Of a stretch of 64,000 bases of DNA, positions 48,309 through 58,763 are shown in pieces. A program made the position numbers and the translations under genes. Position 1 is the first letter of the stretch. Each line of letters starts with the position of its first letter. The notes under the pieces were generated by a model. That model did not search any database, was not told the DNA's origin, and worked only from the letters and a program-made list of their open reading frames with translations. The stretch comes from Macrostomum lignano (taxonomy: Eukaryota): the NCBI GenBank assembly GCA_002269645.1, contig NIVC01000677.1, forward strand, positions 372,001-436,000, given 5' to 3'.

Positions 48309-49537
48309 TCAGCCGTTCACCTTGCTCAGAACCAGCTCGGGCGCCATGCGGCCGGCCTTGTCCGCCACTAGCGACCACTGCGACACGAGCGCGTACTTGG
48401 ACATCGGTGCCTCTCCGTACTTGAAGCCCATGAAAGTGTGCAGTATGCCGCCGACGTCGCCTTCGTCGTCGTCTTCGTCGTCATCCTGGCCGAGTCGGAG
48501 CATGGGCGACTTGGCGCCTGGACTGCGCGGAATCGGGCCAGCCGCTTCGTCGTCCACTATCAGGGCCCGATGAATGACGGCAAAGTTGACGCGCGGCCTG
48601 CGGTACTTCTTGATCGGCTTCAGCACTGGCTGGCCGTTTGCCTCGTCGTTGGCGATCTTCAACAGAAAGTGGCAGTGGATCAGCTCGGACGAGGTCACGC
48701 TGGAGATGCGGTAGTCTCCGACCGCCACCTTGGGCAGTTCGCAGTACACAAAGTATTTTTTGCGCTTCTTATCGCCGTGCCTTTGCCGACTGCTGTCCCG
48801 ACGACGGCGCTTAGTGTCCTCAGCCCCGGAGTCTGGCGACGCATCCGCTTGCTGCCGCTGCAGCTCCTCTTGGTGGCGTCGCTCCTCTTCCTGCTTCTGC
48901 CGCAGCAGCTCTTCCTCTCTCTCTGCTTCTTTCGCTGCAGCGGCGCTGCCTTTGCGGAAATCTTCCTCCAGATTCTCCTGTTGCGCCTCGCCGCCTGCCT
49001 CATCTTGACCGTAGCGAATTAAGGGACTCTTCACGTCCGGGCTCTTCGGTATGGGACCTCTGGCATCCTCGTCCTCGATAAATGGTCGGTGAATGACGGC
49101 CACGTTGACCACTGGCACTTTGTAGGCCTTTATCGGTAGTAGAGTCAGTGGAACGTCTTCATTCTCGGAGATCTTCATCAGAAAGTGGAACCGAAGTATG
49201 CTGCCAACTACGCAGCTTGACTTGTGATAATCACCGATCTAAAAAATAGTTCAGTTATAAGCAGAAAATAATTACATTTTACGAGGTACTGTTATTAATA
49301 TTTAGCCAATCGTAATACACGTCATTGTTCTGTCATTCTTCTGCTCATTAAACCTACCTTGACCTTCGGCAACTCCATGTAGACCAGGTAGCGCTTGGTA
49401 ATGTGCCCCTGATTGGCATAGTTGTTGGCATTCTTCGTTCCATTCAGCTCACAACTTTCGATGCTGCTTTCGTGTGAGAAGTCCCGCGATAGCAGCTTGT
49501 GTCTGTCTACTACCGCCATTGTTTTTTGTTGTGCCAT
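48309..49537 (-). CDS. Hypothetical protein (~369 aa) with two copies of an ~85-aa domain; exons 49537-49358 and 49238-48309
   Basis: Phase-0 GT-AG intron joins YLVYMELPKVK to IGDYHKSS..., completing a unit repeated later as YFVYCELPKVAVGDYRISS...; 3' end could splice further at AAG|GTGAAC. Confidence 0.75.
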
Positions 49538-50374
49538 TCGGTCGCGATTTTAACTGCGTGTTGGTTCTCTCTACTAAAGTAAGCAGGTGGCTTAAGCAAA
49601 ATTTATGTCCTGTCTAGACCTGGAGAGCCGCCTAACGTCTAAAACCCTCTCTTTTGAAGTTCGGTGTATGACCGAAGTTCTTTTTTTATGCCATAGACTA
49701 TAACATTAAACCTACATGATAACTAAGACCTACGAGTATTCAACAACAAAACAAGCATGAAGTACTTTCTCAATCATAAAATGCTAATGTAGAACTAATT
49801 GGATGAATTCTGTAGATTTTATACTTAGTGGAAGCAATGTTACGAGTATACTGCAGTTAAAACATTAACAGAGCCTCTGACAAGATTATAATAATAACTT
49901 GTCGTTAAGTTCGGGGATTAAAACTACACCTTAAGGCAAATACACAATAGAGACAAAGAAGAATTAGTTGGGCTCGAAAATAATGCTATTGAAGTAGTAT
50001 ATACAAACACAACACTACAACGTACTGTACATGTAAGACTGACGAAGTAGGCATAAACGTATAAAGTAAAGTAAAGTATCCAAGTAAACAAAAGCTACTG
50101 TTATAAGCACACGTTGAAGCTAAATTGCCATGGGTGTGTTTTTCTATACAAACTCTGCATAACCCTCTTGTGGTTTTAGGGTAGATCGTAGGCTTTTGTT
50201 TTAGCTCTCGAGCACAAGCTGTAGCTAACCTTTCGTTCGGATGAAATATTTGACAGAAGGCTGGAAGTTGATGGAATTCAAACATGGCGAGTCTTTTAAT
50301 GACTTGAAAGGTGTCAAGAAATGCACGTTGAACCAATGCGAGTGTGTTTAGAACTTTATATTGCAATAATTTGA

Positions 50375-50885
50375 CCACAAGCCCTATTCCACTCGCCCCT
50401 CAATGTACACACAGCTTGACCATGCAGAGCCCTATTCCACTCGCCCCTCAATGTACACACAGCTTGACCAGAGCCCTATTCCACTCGCCCTCAATGTACA
50501 CACAGCTTGACCAGAGCCCTATTCCACTTGTCCCTCAATGTACACACAGCTTGACCAGAGCCCTATTCCACTTGTCCCTCAATGTACACACAGCTTGACC
50601 AGAGCCCTATTCCACTCGCCCCTCAATGTACACACAGCTTGACCAGAGCCCTATTCCACTCGCCCCTCAATGTACACACAGCTTGACCAGAGCCCTATTC
50701 CACTCGCCCCTCAATGTACACACAGCTTGACCAGAGCCCTATTCTACTCGCCCCTCAATGTACACACAGCTTGACCAGAGCCCTATTCCACTCGCCCCTC
50801 AATGTACACACAGCTTGACCAGAGCCCTATTCCACTTGTCCCTCAATGTACACACAGCTTGACCAGAGCCCTATTCTACTAGCCC
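50375..50885. repeat. 44-bp minisatellite (CTTGACCAGAGCCCTATTCCACTCGCCCCTCAATGTACACACAG), left arm copy
   Basis: About 11 units; reverse-complement array at 56795-58225. Confidence 0.95.
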
Positions 50886-51532
50886 CTCCAAAACACACGG
50901 CCTTGATTAGCCCGATTTCATGGACGCCGAATTGTACAGATTTATTATTGGAAATTTGTTTTGCCCGGCAATTTACAGCATTTTATATGAGCTTTATTGC
51001 AGGTCTAAATTCTATAAGAGCTCTGCATAACCCTCTTGTGTTTTAAGGTAGATCGTAGGCTTTTGTTTTAGCTCTCGAGCACATTAATTGTAGCTAGCTA
51101 TTTTTCGGATCGGATGAAATATTTGACAGAAGGCTGGAAGTTGATGGAATTCAAACATGGCATGTATTTTAATGGCTTGAAAGGTGTCAAGAAATGCACG
51201 TTGAACCAATGCGAGTGTATTTAGAATTTTATATTACAATAATTACTGTTACAAAAAAGAAGTAATGCCAACAGGTGTTAAAAAGCACGAAAAATTAGGA
51301 ATACGATCGAATAGCTATTTTGTATTGATTTGATACACTTTAAGTGCAAGATACAATCGAACTGAAACATAAAATATACGAACTTCTACTTGTACAGGTG
51401 TAAATGAGTAAAACTGACAATACATGCTTGCATTTAAGCCGAGGCTAGTGAAAGTGAAACGGATGTGACATGCAGTTCAAAACAGCAAGTCTGCAAAACA
51501 CGAGTACAGTACATTAGTGCCATACGGTGAGT

Positions 51533-52360
51533 TCACTGCTCTGTGGCCTTCTCCGTTTCCATGGGAACGTCTTTCAGCTGCGGCTGCTCCCGAGCTGCCG
51601 GAGCCTCGAACGGCGCCTCGATGCACAGCCGGCCATCGTGGCTGAGCTTGCTCACCACCTGGTCCAGCTTGGTGCCGTCGGGCAGCTGGTAGATTCGCTC
51701 CAGCCGCTTGTGGACCCGCTGCCCGCCGGCCTCCTCCTTGTGCTCCGCCTCCACCAGCACGCAGTCGCCCTGCTGTCGCACGCGAATCTCGTCCGGCTTG
51801 AACTCGCGCACCGACAGCTCCGCCTTGAACCGCTTGCTGCCATCGTCCGCCTCCACCAGCTGGCCGGACCCCTCAGACTGCAGGTCGCCTCGCAGCAGGC
51901 CGCGCAGCTCGTCCCACACGGAGTCGCCCTGCGGTTTCTGCTGCTGCTGCTGCTGCTCCTGCTGCTTCAGCTGCTGCTGCTTCTGCTGCTCCTTGAACGG
52001 CGCCTGCAGCACCAGCATGCCGTCCCGGGTGAAGCCGCTGTTCAGCTTCTCTGCGTCCACTTCCTCCGGCAGCTCCACCGTCCGCTTCACCTCCGTCACG
52101 TCCTCGCCGTTCTCCAGCCGCGCCACCACCCGCACCTTCCGCTCCTCCCGCTTCACCGACACGTCCTTCGGCGAGAAGCCGCGAAGGTCCACAGTCCGGC
52201 TCCACTGACGCGGTCGCCTCGGACCTCTGTGCCGCAGCAGCTGCACCAGCGGGTCATACTCCGGCGTCAGCCAGTCGTCCAGCTCGCTCATGGCTGCCAC
52301 GAGCGGCAGAGAGTGCGAGAACGGCGTGTACACGTTACTGGGTGCGATCCACAGAGACAT
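51533..52360 (-). CDS. Small heat-shock protein with two alpha-crystallin domains and a poly-Q linker (275 aa), copy 1
   Basis: VDLRGFSPKDVSVK..KRTVELPEEVDAEKLNSGFTRDGMLVLQAP and LSVREFKPDEIRVR..ERIYQLPDG..VVSKLSHDGRLCIEAP; first ATG downstream of the TATA box. Confidence 0.92.
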   Translation of the reverse strand: MSLWIAPSNVYTPFSHSLPLVAAMSELDDWLTPEYDPLVQLLRHRGPRRPRQWSRTVDLRGFSPKDVSVKREERKVRVVARLENGEDVTEVKRTVELPEEVDAEKLNSGFTRDGMLVLQAPFKEQQKQQQLKQQEQQQQQQKPQGDSVWDELRGLLRGDLQSEGSGQLVEADDGSKRFKAELSVREFKPDEIRVRQQGDCVLVEAEHKEEAGGQRVHKRLERIYQLPDGTKLDQVVSKLSHDGRLCIEAPFEAPAAREQPQLKDVPMETEKATEQ

Positions 52361-52482
52361 GCTTGCTGTGTCGCTTGTAAATGATAGAGTTTGGCGATTG
52401 ATTCGCTTTGCTTGAGATTGCTTTGCTTGCGGTTGCTTTGTGTGCTCCAATCCTGCCTCACTCTCGGATCCAGCTGTCTCGC

Positions 52483-52658
52483 TTTTATAGACTGGCACTG
52501 AGGAAGCTTCTCGAATTTTCTTGCCCACTGACTCATTCTGGAAATTTCTAGAAATCGAGCCGCCTACCCAAATTTAGACAGCAAAATGTTCATATTTCTA
52601 CTGTTAGTAGATGAAACGCGCGTGCCTGTTTATCGAATTAGAAAATTCTAGAACTTTC
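52483..52658 (-). promoter_or_regulatory. Heat-shock promoter of sHSP copy 1: TATA plus three 4-unit HSEs and an AP-1-like TGAGTCA
   Basis: TATAAAA 52483-52489; alternating nGAAn/nTTCn at 52503-52520, 52536-52553 and 52641-52658. Confidence 0.9.
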
Positions 52659-53443
52659 TGACTGTGGCTACGCCTAAAGTAAACATGTAAACAGGCTGTT
52701 ACTGTTAGTAGATGAAACGGCCGTTTCTTTTTAATATTTTGAGTGATATAAAAAATTGTCTGTCGCTTTCTCGTTACCGTGAGCAACTGTGAACATTTAC
52801 GAGTACTGAAACGGGAAGCATGTGACCATAGTTGACCATGACCTATTGAGCCAATAATTAAATGCAGTGACTCTGTACATGCACCCTACTGAAGTTTCAT
52901 CCCCTTTTCGTAATAGTCGTTATGGGAAAAATCTGATAGTCTATTCTTCTCGTTCAACAAAAGCAAAAGAAATTCTAGTTGTAGTGGTATTAAATAAAAA
53001 TGCGTCCCCATTAGTAACAGGAAGTAGCGCGTACATTGTGTATTTTAAGCTGCAAAAGCAAACCATCTTTTCCTACAATTGTGAGTAAATAAATATTTCT
53101 TTTCCCAGCCTCCACACTGCTCAAGGCGCTAGTAGTATTGATGGCACACTGTTGCGTGGAGTATATAATTGAAAGTCATGCTGCTTAGATCAGCAGGTGT
53201 CAGGAGTTAAAAAGTGAAGCTGAGGACGGCATTCGCGCTGGCGGTCCGCGTGTATCGGCAGCCCAGTAGGCAGCTCAACCTTTTCCAGCACAGCAAAGGG
53301 AATATTGGACCGTGCGAGACTTATTGTTAAAAATTAAGACTTCAGTAAACTGGTTGAGCAGCATTCAGCGCCATTCTCAGTTGCAGTTTTCAGAGCCAAG
53401 CAGAAGCAGCGGTGAAAAGCTCAGAGGCTTCTCAACTAACGGC

Positions 53444-54286
53444 TCAGCGCTTCCGCTTGTCCTTCCGCTGCTCGCGCTGCTCCCGCTTGTTTGACGTCGA
53501 GCTGGCCCGCTTCTCCCTGTCCGACCTGCCCCCGCCGTCTCTCTCCGAGGTCCTGTGACGCCCGGAGTTCGACACCCGGTGGCGTCCTTCGTCCTCGTCT
53601 CTGCTGCCTCGGGCGCCGCCTCGATGCCGGCCGTGCTGCTCCTTCGGGCTGTTGGCCTCGCTGGCTGCCCGCTGCGGCTTGATGGACAGCTTCATCTTGA
53701 GGTGGCACTTCTCCGGCAGCTTGTTCTCGGCGCTGAGCTTGTAGATTGCGACTCGAATCTCCTGAGTGGCCCGCTCGATGATGCGCTCGAGGTACTTGTC
53801 CTCCTTGAAGTCGCCGCTGCCGTCGCCGCTGTCCCTGCGCTGCATGGCAACCGAGTGGCTGTTGGACGGCTGCGACTGGCGTCTGTGCCGGCTGTCCGAG
53901 TGCGTCTTGCGCCGGTGCTCCGCCTCGGTGCCGTGCCGGTTGTTCCGGTTGCGGTTCAGCGTCGCGCCGGAGCTGTCGGAGCTGCACGAGTCCATGACGG
54001 CGGAGCGCCTGTCGCCGGACTTCCTCTTGAATTCGTTGTGGTTGTTCTGCTGGCTGGCCGTGCTCCGGAGCAGCGACTTCATGCGGCTCAGGGCGTCGCC
54101 CTTCAGCCGGTCGATGAGCACCTGCCGGCCCCGCTCGCCTACCGAGTTCGTCGACAATGACGACGGAATGGAGACGGAAGTGTCGTCCGCGAACAGGCAG
54201 ACCTGCGAGTCGGACATGGCCATCCACTTGGCCACCTTGTCGATCGTGTGGTTGAGGTTGGCGCAGTTGAACTCAACGGAGACCAT
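53444..54286 (-). CDS. Orphan intronless protein (280 aa), basic and Ser/Arg-rich
   Basis: Long GC-rich ORF with C/G-ending codon bias like the sHSP exons; AG acceptor just before the ATG; no recognisable domain. Confidence 0.7.
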   Translation of the reverse strand: MVSVEFNCANLNHTIDKVAKWMAMSDSQVCLFADDTSVSIPSSLSTNSVGERGRQVLIDRLKGDALSRMKSLLRSTASQQNNHNEFKRKSGDRRSAVMDSCSSDSSGATLNRNRNNRHGTEAEHRRKTHSDSRHRRQSQPSNSHSVAMQRRDSGDGSGDFKEDKYLERIIERATQEIRVAIYKLSAENKLPEKCHLKMKLSIKPQRAASEANSPKEQHGRHRGGARGSRDEDEGRHRVSNSGRHRTSERDGGGRSDREKRASSTSNKREQREQRKDKRKR

Positions 54287-54883
54287 GGGTTCTGTGCACT
54301 GCCAGGGCTGATTGTGCTTTATGCAGTGGCAGCGGGATGGAGCGCAGCCTGGGGCTCCTGAGTTGCTTTTCCTCTGATGCTCACTGCAGCCTGGCCCATA
54401 GACTGATGTTGCAGTTTAAGGCTTGCCAAGACTGCCAAAAATACAATAGAAAATCTGCAAAAGCGACTATTTCTGTCCAAAATGTTTCATTCAACCTTCA
54501 ACCTCTTGAGCCTCTTAAGCCCGTCCATACCAGAGAATATCTGAGCTGAATATACTCGAAAAAGAATGCCAAAACATGATTCATTTTTTAAAGTAGAGAT
54601 CATGGCCGTTTTTACTGAGATTTATGTATGAGCTAGGCTACAAATTTATTCAACAAGCAATGAGAAAGGATGCAAGTACCAATGGGGCAGCGGCCAAACT
54701 GAAAGTACCCAGGCCTACCCCCCGGCCGCTGCCCACCATTGAACGTGCCACTGGCCGCAACAAGCGCAAACCCGCCTTTGTTACACAAATATTTTCGCTA
54801 ATACGTAAGCGTCATTCGAAGGCAATCCTTTTTTCGAATGCACGAGCGTATGCTACTTTGTCTCGTAAACAAGTTTTGCTTTG

Positions 54884-55199
54884 GCCTGTTTACATGTTTA
54901 CTTTAGGCGTAGCCACAGTCAGAAAGTTCTAGAATTTTCTAATTCGATAAACAGGCACGCGCGTTTCATCTACTAACAGTAACAGCCTGTTTACATGTTT
55001 ACTTTAGGCGTAGCCACAGTCAGAAAGTTCTAGAATTTTCTAATTCGATAAACAGGCACGCGCGTTTCATCTACTAACAGTAGAAATATGAACATTTTGC
55101 TGTCTAAATTTGGGTAGGCGGCTCGATTTCTAGAAATTTCCAGAATGAGTCAGTGGGCAAGAAAATTCGAGAAGCTTCCTCAGTGCCAGTCTATAAAAG
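54884..55199 (+). promoter_or_regulatory. Heat-shock promoter of sHSP copy 2: four 4-unit HSEs (one module duplicated, 101-bp period), AP-1-like site, TATA
   Basis: HSEs at 54922-54939, 55023-55040, 55128-55145 and 55161-55178; TGAGTCA 55146-55152; TATAAAA 55192-55198. Confidence 0.9.
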
Positions 55200-55320
55200 C
55201 GAGACAGCTGGATCCGAGAGTGAGGCAGGATTGGAGCACACAAAGCAACCGCAAGCAAAGCAATCTCAAGCAAAGCGAATCAATCGCCAAACTCTATCAT
55301 TTACAAGCGACACAGCAAGC

Positions 55321-56148
55321 ATGTCTCTGTGGATCGCACCCAGTAACGTGTACACGCCGTTCTCGCACTCTCTGCCGCTCGTGGCAGCCATGAGCGAGCT
55401 GGACGACTGGCTGACGCCGGAGTATGACCCGCTGGTGCAGCTGCTGCGGCACAGAGGTCCGAGGCGACCGCGTCAGTGGAGCCGGACTGTGGACCTTCGC
55501 GGCTTCTCGCCGAAGGACGTGTCGGTGAAGCGGGAGGAGCGGAAGGTGCGGGTGGTGGCGCGGCTGGAGAACGGCGAGGACGTGACGGAGGTGAAGCGGA
55601 CGGTGGAGCTGCCGGAGGAAGTGGACGCAGAGAAGCTGAACAGCGGCTTCACCCGGGACGGCATGCTGGTGCTGCAGGCGCCGTTCAAGGAGCAGCAGAA
55701 GCAGCAGCAGCTGAAGCAGCAGGAGCAGCAGCAGCAGCAGCAGAAACCGCAGGGCGACTCCGTGTGGGACGAGCTGCGCGGCCTGCTGCGAGGCGACCTG
55801 CAGTCTGAGGGGTCCGGCCAGCTGGTGGAGGCGGACGATGGCAGCAAGCGGTTCAAGGCGGAGCTGTCGGTGCGCGAGTTCAAGCCGGACGAGATTCGCG
55901 TGCGACAGCAGGGCGACTGCGTGCTGGTGGAGGCGGAGCACAAGGAGGAGGCCGGCGGGCAGCGGGTCCACAAGCGGCTGGAGCGAATCTACCAGCTGCC
56001 CGACGGCACCAAGCTGGACCAGGTGGTGAGCAAGCTCAGCCACGATGGCCGGCTGTGCATCGAGGCGCCGTTCGAGGCTCCGGCAGCTCGGGAGCAGCCG
56101 CAGCTGAAAGACGTTCCCATGGAAACGGAGAAGGCCACAGAGCAGTGA
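55321..56148 (+). CDS. Small heat-shock protein with two alpha-crystallin domains (275 aa), copy 2
   Basis: Translation identical to copy 1. Confidence 0.92.
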   Translation: MSLWIAPSNVYTPFSHSLPLVAAMSELDDWLTPEYDPLVQLLRHRGPRRPRQWSRTVDLRGFSPKDVSVKREERKVRVVARLENGEDVTEVKRTVELPEEVDAEKLNSGFTRDGMLVLQAPFKEQQKQQQLKQQEQQQQQQKPQGDSVWDELRGLLRGDLQSEGSGQLVEADDGSKRFKAELSVREFKPDEIRVRQQGDCVLVEAEHKEEAGGQRVHKRLERIYQLPDGTKLDQVVSKLSHDGRLCIEAPFEAPAAREQPQLKDVPMETEKATEQ

Positions 56149-56794
56149 ACTCACCGTATGGCACTAATGTACTGTACTCGTGTTTTGCAGACTTGCTGTT
56201 TTGAACTGCATGTCACATCCGTTTCACTTTCACTAGCCTCGGCTTAAATGCAAGCATGTATTGTCAGTTTTACTCATTTACACCTGTACAAGTAGAAGTT
56301 CGTATATTTTATGTTTCAGTTCGATTGTATCTTGCACTTAAAGTGTATCAAATCAATACAAAATAGCTATTCGATCGTATTCCTAATTTTTCGTGCTTTT
56401 TAACACCTGTTGGCATTACTTCTTTTTTGTAACAGTAATTATTGTAATATAAAATTCTAAATACACTCGCATTGGTTCAACGTGCATTTCTTGGCACCTT
56501 TCAAGCCATTAAAATACATGCCATGTTTGAATTGCATCAACTTCCAGCCTTCTGTCAAATATTTCATCCGATCCAAAAAAAACAAGCTACAATTAATGTG
56601 CTCGAGAGCTAAAACAAAAGCCTACGATCTACCTTAAAACACAAGAGGGTTATGCAGAGCTCTTATAGAATTCAGACCTGCAATAAAGCTCATATAAAAT
56701 GCTGTAAATTGCCGGGCAAAACAAATTTCCAATAATAAATCTGTACAATTCGACGTCCATGAAATCGGGCTAATCAAGGCCGTGTGTTTTGGAG

Positions 56795-58225
56795 GGGCTA
56801 GTAGAATAGGGCTCTGGTCAAGCTGTGTGTACATTGAGGGACAAGTGGAATAGGGCTCTGGTCAAGCTGTGTGTACATTGAGGGGCGAGTGAAATAGGGC
56901 TCTGGTCAAGCTGTGTGTACATTGAGGGGCGAGTGGAATAGGGCTCTGGTCAAGCTGTGTGTACATTGAGGGGCGAGTGGAATACGGCTCTGGTCAAGCT
57001 GTGTGTACATTGAGGGACAAGTGAAATAGGGCTCTGGTCAAGCTGTGTGTACATTGAGGGGCGAGTGGAATAGGGCTCTGGTCAAGCTGTGTGTACATTG
57101 AGGGGCGAGTGGAATACGGCTCTGGTCAAGCTGTGTGTACATTGAGGGACAAGTGGAATAGGGCTCTGGTCAAGCTGTGTGTACATTGAGGGGCGAGTGG
57201 AATAGGGCTCTGTTCAAGCTGTGTGTACATTGAGGGGCGAGTGGAATAGGGCTCTGGTCAAGCTGTGTGTACATTGAGGGGCGAGTGGAATAGAGCTCTG
57301 GTCAAGCTGTGTGTACATTGAGGGACAAGTGGAATAGGGCTCTGGTCAAGCTGTGTCTGCAGTAAGGGGCGAGTGAAATAGGGCTCTGGTCAAGCTGTGT
57401 GTACATTGAGGGGCGAGTGGAATACGGCTCTGGTCAAGCTGTGTGTACATTGAGGGGCGAGTGGAATACGGCTCTGGTCAAGCTGTGTGTACATTGAGGG
57501 ACAAGTGGAATAGGGCTCTGGTCAAGCTGTGTGTACATTGAGGGCGAGTGGAATAGGGCTCTGGTCAAGCTGTGTGTACATTGAGGGGCGAGTGGAATAC
57601 GGCTCTGGTCAAGCTGTGTGTACATTGAGGGGCGAGTGGAATACGGCTCTGGTCAAGCTGTGTGTACATTGAGGGACAAGTGGAATAGGGCTCTGGTCAA
57701 GCTGTGTGTACATTGAGGGCGAGTGGAATAGGGCTCTGGTCAAGCTGTGTGTACATTGAGGGCGAGTGGAATAGGGCTCTGGTCAAGCTGTGTGTACATT
57801 GAGGGGCGAGTGGAATAGAGCTCTGGTCAAGCTGTGTGTACATTGAGGGGCGAGTGGAATAGGGCTCTGGTCAAGCTGTGTCTGCATTAAGGGGCAAGTG
57901 AAATAGGGCTCTGGTCAAGCTGTGTGTACATTGAGGGGCGAGTGGAATACGGCTCTGGTCAAGCTGTGTGTACATTGAGGGACAAGTGGAATAGGGCTCT
58001 GGTCAAGCTGTGTGTACATTGAGGGGCGAGTGGAATAGGGCTCTGGTCAAGCTGTGTGTACATTGAGGGGCGAGTGGAATAGGGCTCTGGTCAAGCTGTG
58101 TGTACATTGAGTGGCGAGTGGAATAGGGCTCTGGTCAAGCTGTGTGTACATTGAGGGGCGAGTGAAATAGGGCTCTGGTCAAGCTGTGTGTACATTGAGG
58201 GGCGAGTGGAAAAGGGCTCTGGTCA
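56795..58225. repeat. 44-bp minisatellite, right arm copy
   Basis: About 32 units, reverse complement of 50375-50885. Confidence 0.96.
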
Positions 58226-58763
58226 TACAAGGCCGTGTCCTGGTCACATGTAAAATTACTTTACTTTGATCCAAAAACTAAATGTACATACGGCAAATTG
58301 GCATCAGGGAGGCGATGTTTACAGTGAGCAAATATAATCCTCAAAAATCGATCACTGAGAATGGTACAACTAGCTATTCGCCAGTGTGCAAATACGAGTG
58401 AACATATTTTCTTGTTTAAGGCTAGTTTGTAAAACCTGTTTACAGAGACAATAACTGATTGCCTGTAGGTTTTGTGTCAATACACATCAAATTTTATCCA
58501 GCAGATAATTAGATCTATCACGCAGGGAGACATTTTATTGGAAGTCGCTCATGCAGCACTGCACAAGCCAATCAATCTACTTTGCTTTACGGGTATGGTT
58601 TTAACGACTGTTTAACTTTGCTCAGCAAACACACCTGGTCTGTGTACTTTATTTGCACTTCCAGTATAGACATATCTTTACTTAGTTACTTGTATATATT
58701 GGCTTCATACAGTTAAAGAGCCAGAATTCAGCAGCCAAATCCAATCAAATCATCAAACCAACT

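Larger units (their letters stand above)
50375..58225. repeat. Large inverted duplication; arms ~50375-52719 and 54962-~58225, spacer 52720-54961
   Basis: Mirror coordinates sum to 107681; identical 331-aa ORF translations; a few flank differences (WTPNC vs WTSNC). Confidence 0.95.

Noticed and set aside
51527-52384. Overlapping antisense or alternate-frame ORFs on GC-rich exons (also 5062-5762, 17641-18288, 48438-49022, 53436-54311)
   Set aside because: Expected shadows of GC-rich codon usage; no motifs or splice support.
55153-55320. 56-aa N-terminal extension of the sHSP ORFs (also 52361-52528)
   Set aside because: It starts at GTG and overlaps the HSEs and TATA box, so it lies upstream of the likely transcription start.
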